From the IMG/VR virus record IMGVR_UViG_3300008255_000238, positions 1-38,811 of that record: a DNA stretch of 38,811 bases; one strand, given 5' to 3'. The translations under genes were made by a program, and so were the position numbers. Origin of the DNA: a virus. Its lineage: Duplodnaviria; Caudoviricetes. Under the pieces are notes generated by a model that was given only the letters and a program-made list of their open reading frames with translations, was not told the DNA's origin and did not search any database. How positions within the stretch are numbered: the first letter of the stretch is position 1; each line of letters opens with the position of its first letter. Below are positions 36,164 through 38,811 of this stretch, piece after piece.

Positions 36164-37813
36164 TTAGGTGAAAAAATATCGTTGTCGGTAAATCTCCGGA
36201 GTAAGATTACCAACCGGAATGAGTTTTAATCGAGGTTCGAATATTTCACCCTTTGCTCCTATCTTGAACGTGGCTTTCTGACCGCCTGCATAAGTATATT
36301 GAGTATTAGTTGATCCGGCAAGTGTTGATTGAATAAATTCACCATCCTTGTCTGCTCTATACCAAAACTCAACCTTTGCTCCATCAGGAAGCGGAGCCAT
36401 GAGAAATTCTGCTGTTTTCCATTCAGTTATTTCAAGTGTTTTCTTAACCGGAGCCCTCAGATCAATTCCTTCATATATTGCCGTTGCTTTGTTATTTGGA
36501 TCAACTGCCATTACACCAAATGTTGATCCGATCTGATATGAGAATAAAGTTGTGCCGTCAACATTCACTACTGCTCCAATCTCATCAGCGTCAAATTGAT
36601 ACTCAAGATTCAAAACAAAAGGATGATCTTTGCGTCTTCTGCCAAATGTATATACTCCTCCGCGACCTGTATCAGCTCCAAATACTCCCATGAGAGCCAT
36701 ATTGCCAATGGATTGCTTATCGATCCATGAGAGGGCTGTCTGTTCCCAATCGAAAACGTTTATTTGTGATATTTCGTTTACCATTCCGCCGGGATTGACT
36801 CGTCCTCCTCCGGGTAGAATTTTAGTTGCAATTGAATTTGAAAAGTCTGCATAGAATATTTCACCTTGATCTCCAACCTGCATTAATGGAATTTCTGAAT
36901 CAACAGCTCCATTCACGCCTTTTGTTGGATCTGAAGCACGATATGTTCCAATAACAGCTCTTCCATTACGTTCAACAAGAGTTTTTCCTAGATTTCCCGG
37001 AATAAGATCGAGCGCTTCGTTAGTATAAGAATCATCATATGCACTCATAGCAAGGAAGGATCGATTTGTAATCATTACCGAGCCACCCACTTGGACCATT
37101 GTGTGATAATCAGAATCGGAAAGGTTAGTCTTTGGAAACTCATCACCTTGGACGGTTCCTGCGGCATCAACATCGTTCCATGATGTATCTCCGGGCAATT
37201 CTTTTCGATGAAGCTCTGTTCTTGTAGCCCATTCAAGATATATCTTTCCTCCTGATGATGGCTTTTCACATGCTCCGGTTAATTGCGCTTTTTGATCGTA
37301 TACCTGAATCCAATATGAATCTGAATTTCGTTTATATATTTTGCCAGTCCTGCCGAAACCATACGTTCCACCATCTGTTGCTTTGACGAATGCAATAATC
37401 AGGTCCGTAAACACCGTTAACAAGCCCGCAGAGGGACTTGGAGATGGTGAGGTACTAGATGAAGGCGAAACTGATGCTGATGGACTTACTGATGCACTAG
37501 GGCTCTTTGATGCACTCGGACTCTTTGATGCCGATGGTGATGCAGGTGATGGACTTGGAGAGCTTGATGGGCTGACTGATGCTGATCCTGATGGACTTGG
37601 AGAACTTGATGGTGAAGTTGATCCGGATGGAGAAAGCGATGCACTAGGAGAATCATTAGTTACACCCTCCTCAATAAGAGCCTGACCTGCCGAAACAGTA
37701 TCTTTTAATTTTCTAATATCGAGATTCGCTCCGAATTTGAATGATCCGGGAATTCCTTTATCTTCATAATCCGCAAGACCGCCTCTCGATGAAACAATTT
37801 GATATACGCCCAT
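36164..37813 (-). CDS. Probable tail nozzle/stabilisation protein (beta-rich) with Ser/Pro insertion
   Basis: N-terminal GGL...NLD pattern, beta-rich body, SP tract at about 37428-37652. Confidence 0.55.
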   Translation of the reverse strand: MGVYQIVSSRGGLADYEDKGIPGSFKFGANLDIRKLKDTVSAGQALIEEGVTNDSPSASLSPSGSTSPSSSPSPSGSASVSPSSSPSPSPASPSASKSPSASKSPSASVSPSASVSPSSSTSPSPSPSAGLLTVFTDLIIAFVKATDGGTYGFGRTGKIYKRNSDSYWIQVYDQKAQLTGACEKPSSGGKIYLEWATRTELHRKELPGDTSWNDVDAAGTVQGDEFPKTNLSDSDYHTMVQVGGSVMITNRSFLAMSAYDDSYTNEALDLIPGNLGKTLVERNGRAVIGTYRASDPTKGVNGAVDSEIPLMQVGDQGEIFYADFSNSIATKILPGGGRVNPGGMVNEISQINVFDWEQTALSWIDKQSIGNMALMGVFGADTGRGGVYTFGRRRKDHPFVLNLEYQFDADEIGAVVNVDGTTLFSYQIGSTFGVMAVDPNNKATAIYEGIDLRAPVKKTLEITEWKTAEFLMAPLPDGAKVEFWYRADKDGEFIQSTLAGSTNTQYTYAGGQKATFKIGAKGEIFEPRLKLIPVGNLTPEIYRQRYFFT

Positions 37814-37819
37814 GTGTTA

Positions 37820-37849
37820 ATAATAAAGAAGGAATCTATGTTAAGGCAA
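37820..37849 (-). promoter_or_regulatory. Repeated late-type promoter, copy 4 (TTGCCT-N18-TATTAT-N6-ATG)
   Basis: TTGCCTTAACATAG core; ATG 37813. Confidence 0.75.
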
Positions 37850-38811
37850 TTAGAGATCGTCTTGTGGGTTCTTGTGGGGATATTTTGGAGTGTATTCTGG
37901 GGTTGAAATATCTGGATAAACGTCATTGTAATTTACCGAGACTGAATCGTAACTATCTGAATATTTATTATCTGTTGCAAGGTATGTATTTTTGTATTGA
38001 GCAATAAATGATATGCGAATCTGATCGATCGAAAGCGTGTGTGTATCACTTGAATTATTCTGCTGATATACCCGGATCGCAATTTGTTCTTCAAAGTCAT
38101 AGTAATTGCTGTCGTTTGTTAGGATCTGAGCATCAAGGCTCAACTTCACATTTGCACCCTTTGTATTTTCAGAATCAATAGTCTCCCATGAAAGCGTTGT
38201 ACCATTCCATATCTGCAAATAAACGATTGAACTTGTTGGAGCATAGGATGATTTTACAACTGCCCGAATATTTATATCATCAACCCGATTCTCATTTCTC
38301 TTTTTGAATTGATGGATTAAGTAGTTGCCAGCTGTCCCTGCTAATCCAACAAACACATCGTCATTGGAATAAACATCTCCTTCTTCCAGAGTCGTATAGA
38401 TTCCTGAGAGATTAATCGTATTATTTGGTAGTGATCCATTCGCCTCTCTTGTAAAGTCATTTTCTGAGATTGCCGGACTTGGAGATGGTGATGGGCTATT
38501 TGATGGGCTATTTGACGAACTCTCAGAGCTTGATGCACTTGTTGATATAGAACTACTTGGTGATATTGATGGTGAATTTGAACTTGATGGTGATGACGAT
38601 TGGCTTGGACTCTCAGAATGAGAGGGCGATACTGATCTTGACAAACTCGAGCTAGGTGACTCCGATGCACTTGGTGATATTGAGGCTGAAGGCGACACAG
38701 AGGCACTTGGTGATATTGATGGAGAATCGGAACTACTAGGGCTTATTGATGCCGATGGTGATACTGATGGAGAATCGGAACTACTAGGGCTTATTGATGC
38801 CGATGGTGATA
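37850..38811 (-). CDS. C-terminal part of a Ser/Pro-repeat structural protein, truncated by the right edge
   Basis: Frame of 37850..38698 stays open to 38811 (SPSASISPSSSDSPSV...); C-terminal jelly-roll-like domain (LQIWNG...W...IAIRVY...IDQI). Confidence 0.75.
   Translation of the reverse strand, partial: SPSASISPSSSDSPSVSPSASISPSSSDSPSISPSASVSPSASISPSASESPSSSLSRSVSPSHSESPSQSSSPSSSNSPSISPSSSISTSASSSESSSNSPSNSPSPSPSPAISENDFTREANGSLPNNTINLSGIYTTLEEGDVYSNDDVFVGLAGTAGNYLIHQFKKRNENRVDDINIRAVVKSSYAPTSSIVYLQIWNGTTLSWETIDSENTKGANVKLSLDAQILTNDSNYYDFEEQIAIRVYQQNNSSDTHTLSIDQIRISFIAQYKNTYLATDNKYSDSYDSVSVNYNDVYPDISTPEYTPKYPHKNPQDDL
38717..38811. repeat. Exact 48-bp tandem repeat (16-aa unit) running off the window end
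   Basis: 38717-38763 is identical to 38765-38811. Confidence 0.95.

Noticed and set aside
38717-38811. Repeats as a CRISPR array
   Set aside because: Tandem in-frame coding repeats without spacers; no cas genes seen.
1-38811. Alternative genetic code (TGA or TAG recoding)
   Set aside because: Long genes are intact in code 11, and TGA/TAG act as normal stops, including many ATGA overlaps.

Overview
The window is most of a tailed dsDNA phage genome with podovirus/P22-like head genes, and essentially every real gene is on the minus strand. In transcription order (right to left) it carries tail/neck genes, two internal ejection-type proteins (one a 2943-aa polyvalent protein), a lysis cassette (GH25 endolysin and holin-like proteins), an accessory block (HNH, RHH, Zn fingers, SSB-like, RusA, LexA-like wHTH), terminase small and large subunits, portal, scaffold and major capsid. 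A glycan cassette follows: three glycosyltransferase genes with four GT domains, a SAM methyltransferase and a nucleotide-sugar dehydrogenase. Both ends cut through genes, and I recognised no integrase, helicase or polymerase. Leaderless promoters and scarce Shine-Dalgarno sites suggest a Patescibacteria/CPR-like host (inference only). The main candidate novel system is five unrelated proteins carrying alternating-serine (SPSxSx)n mucin-like tracts, alongside two ppGalNAc-T-like transferases, i.e. a putative phage-encoded mucin-type O-glycosylation system. Other unannotated signals are a tRNA-like RNA inside the glycan cassette, a conserved RNA hairpin before three head-assembly genes, a four-copy late promoter, a Tad2-like protein and a stand-alone copy of an ejection-protein N-terminus. 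All functional calls come from motif recognition by eye; no searches were run.
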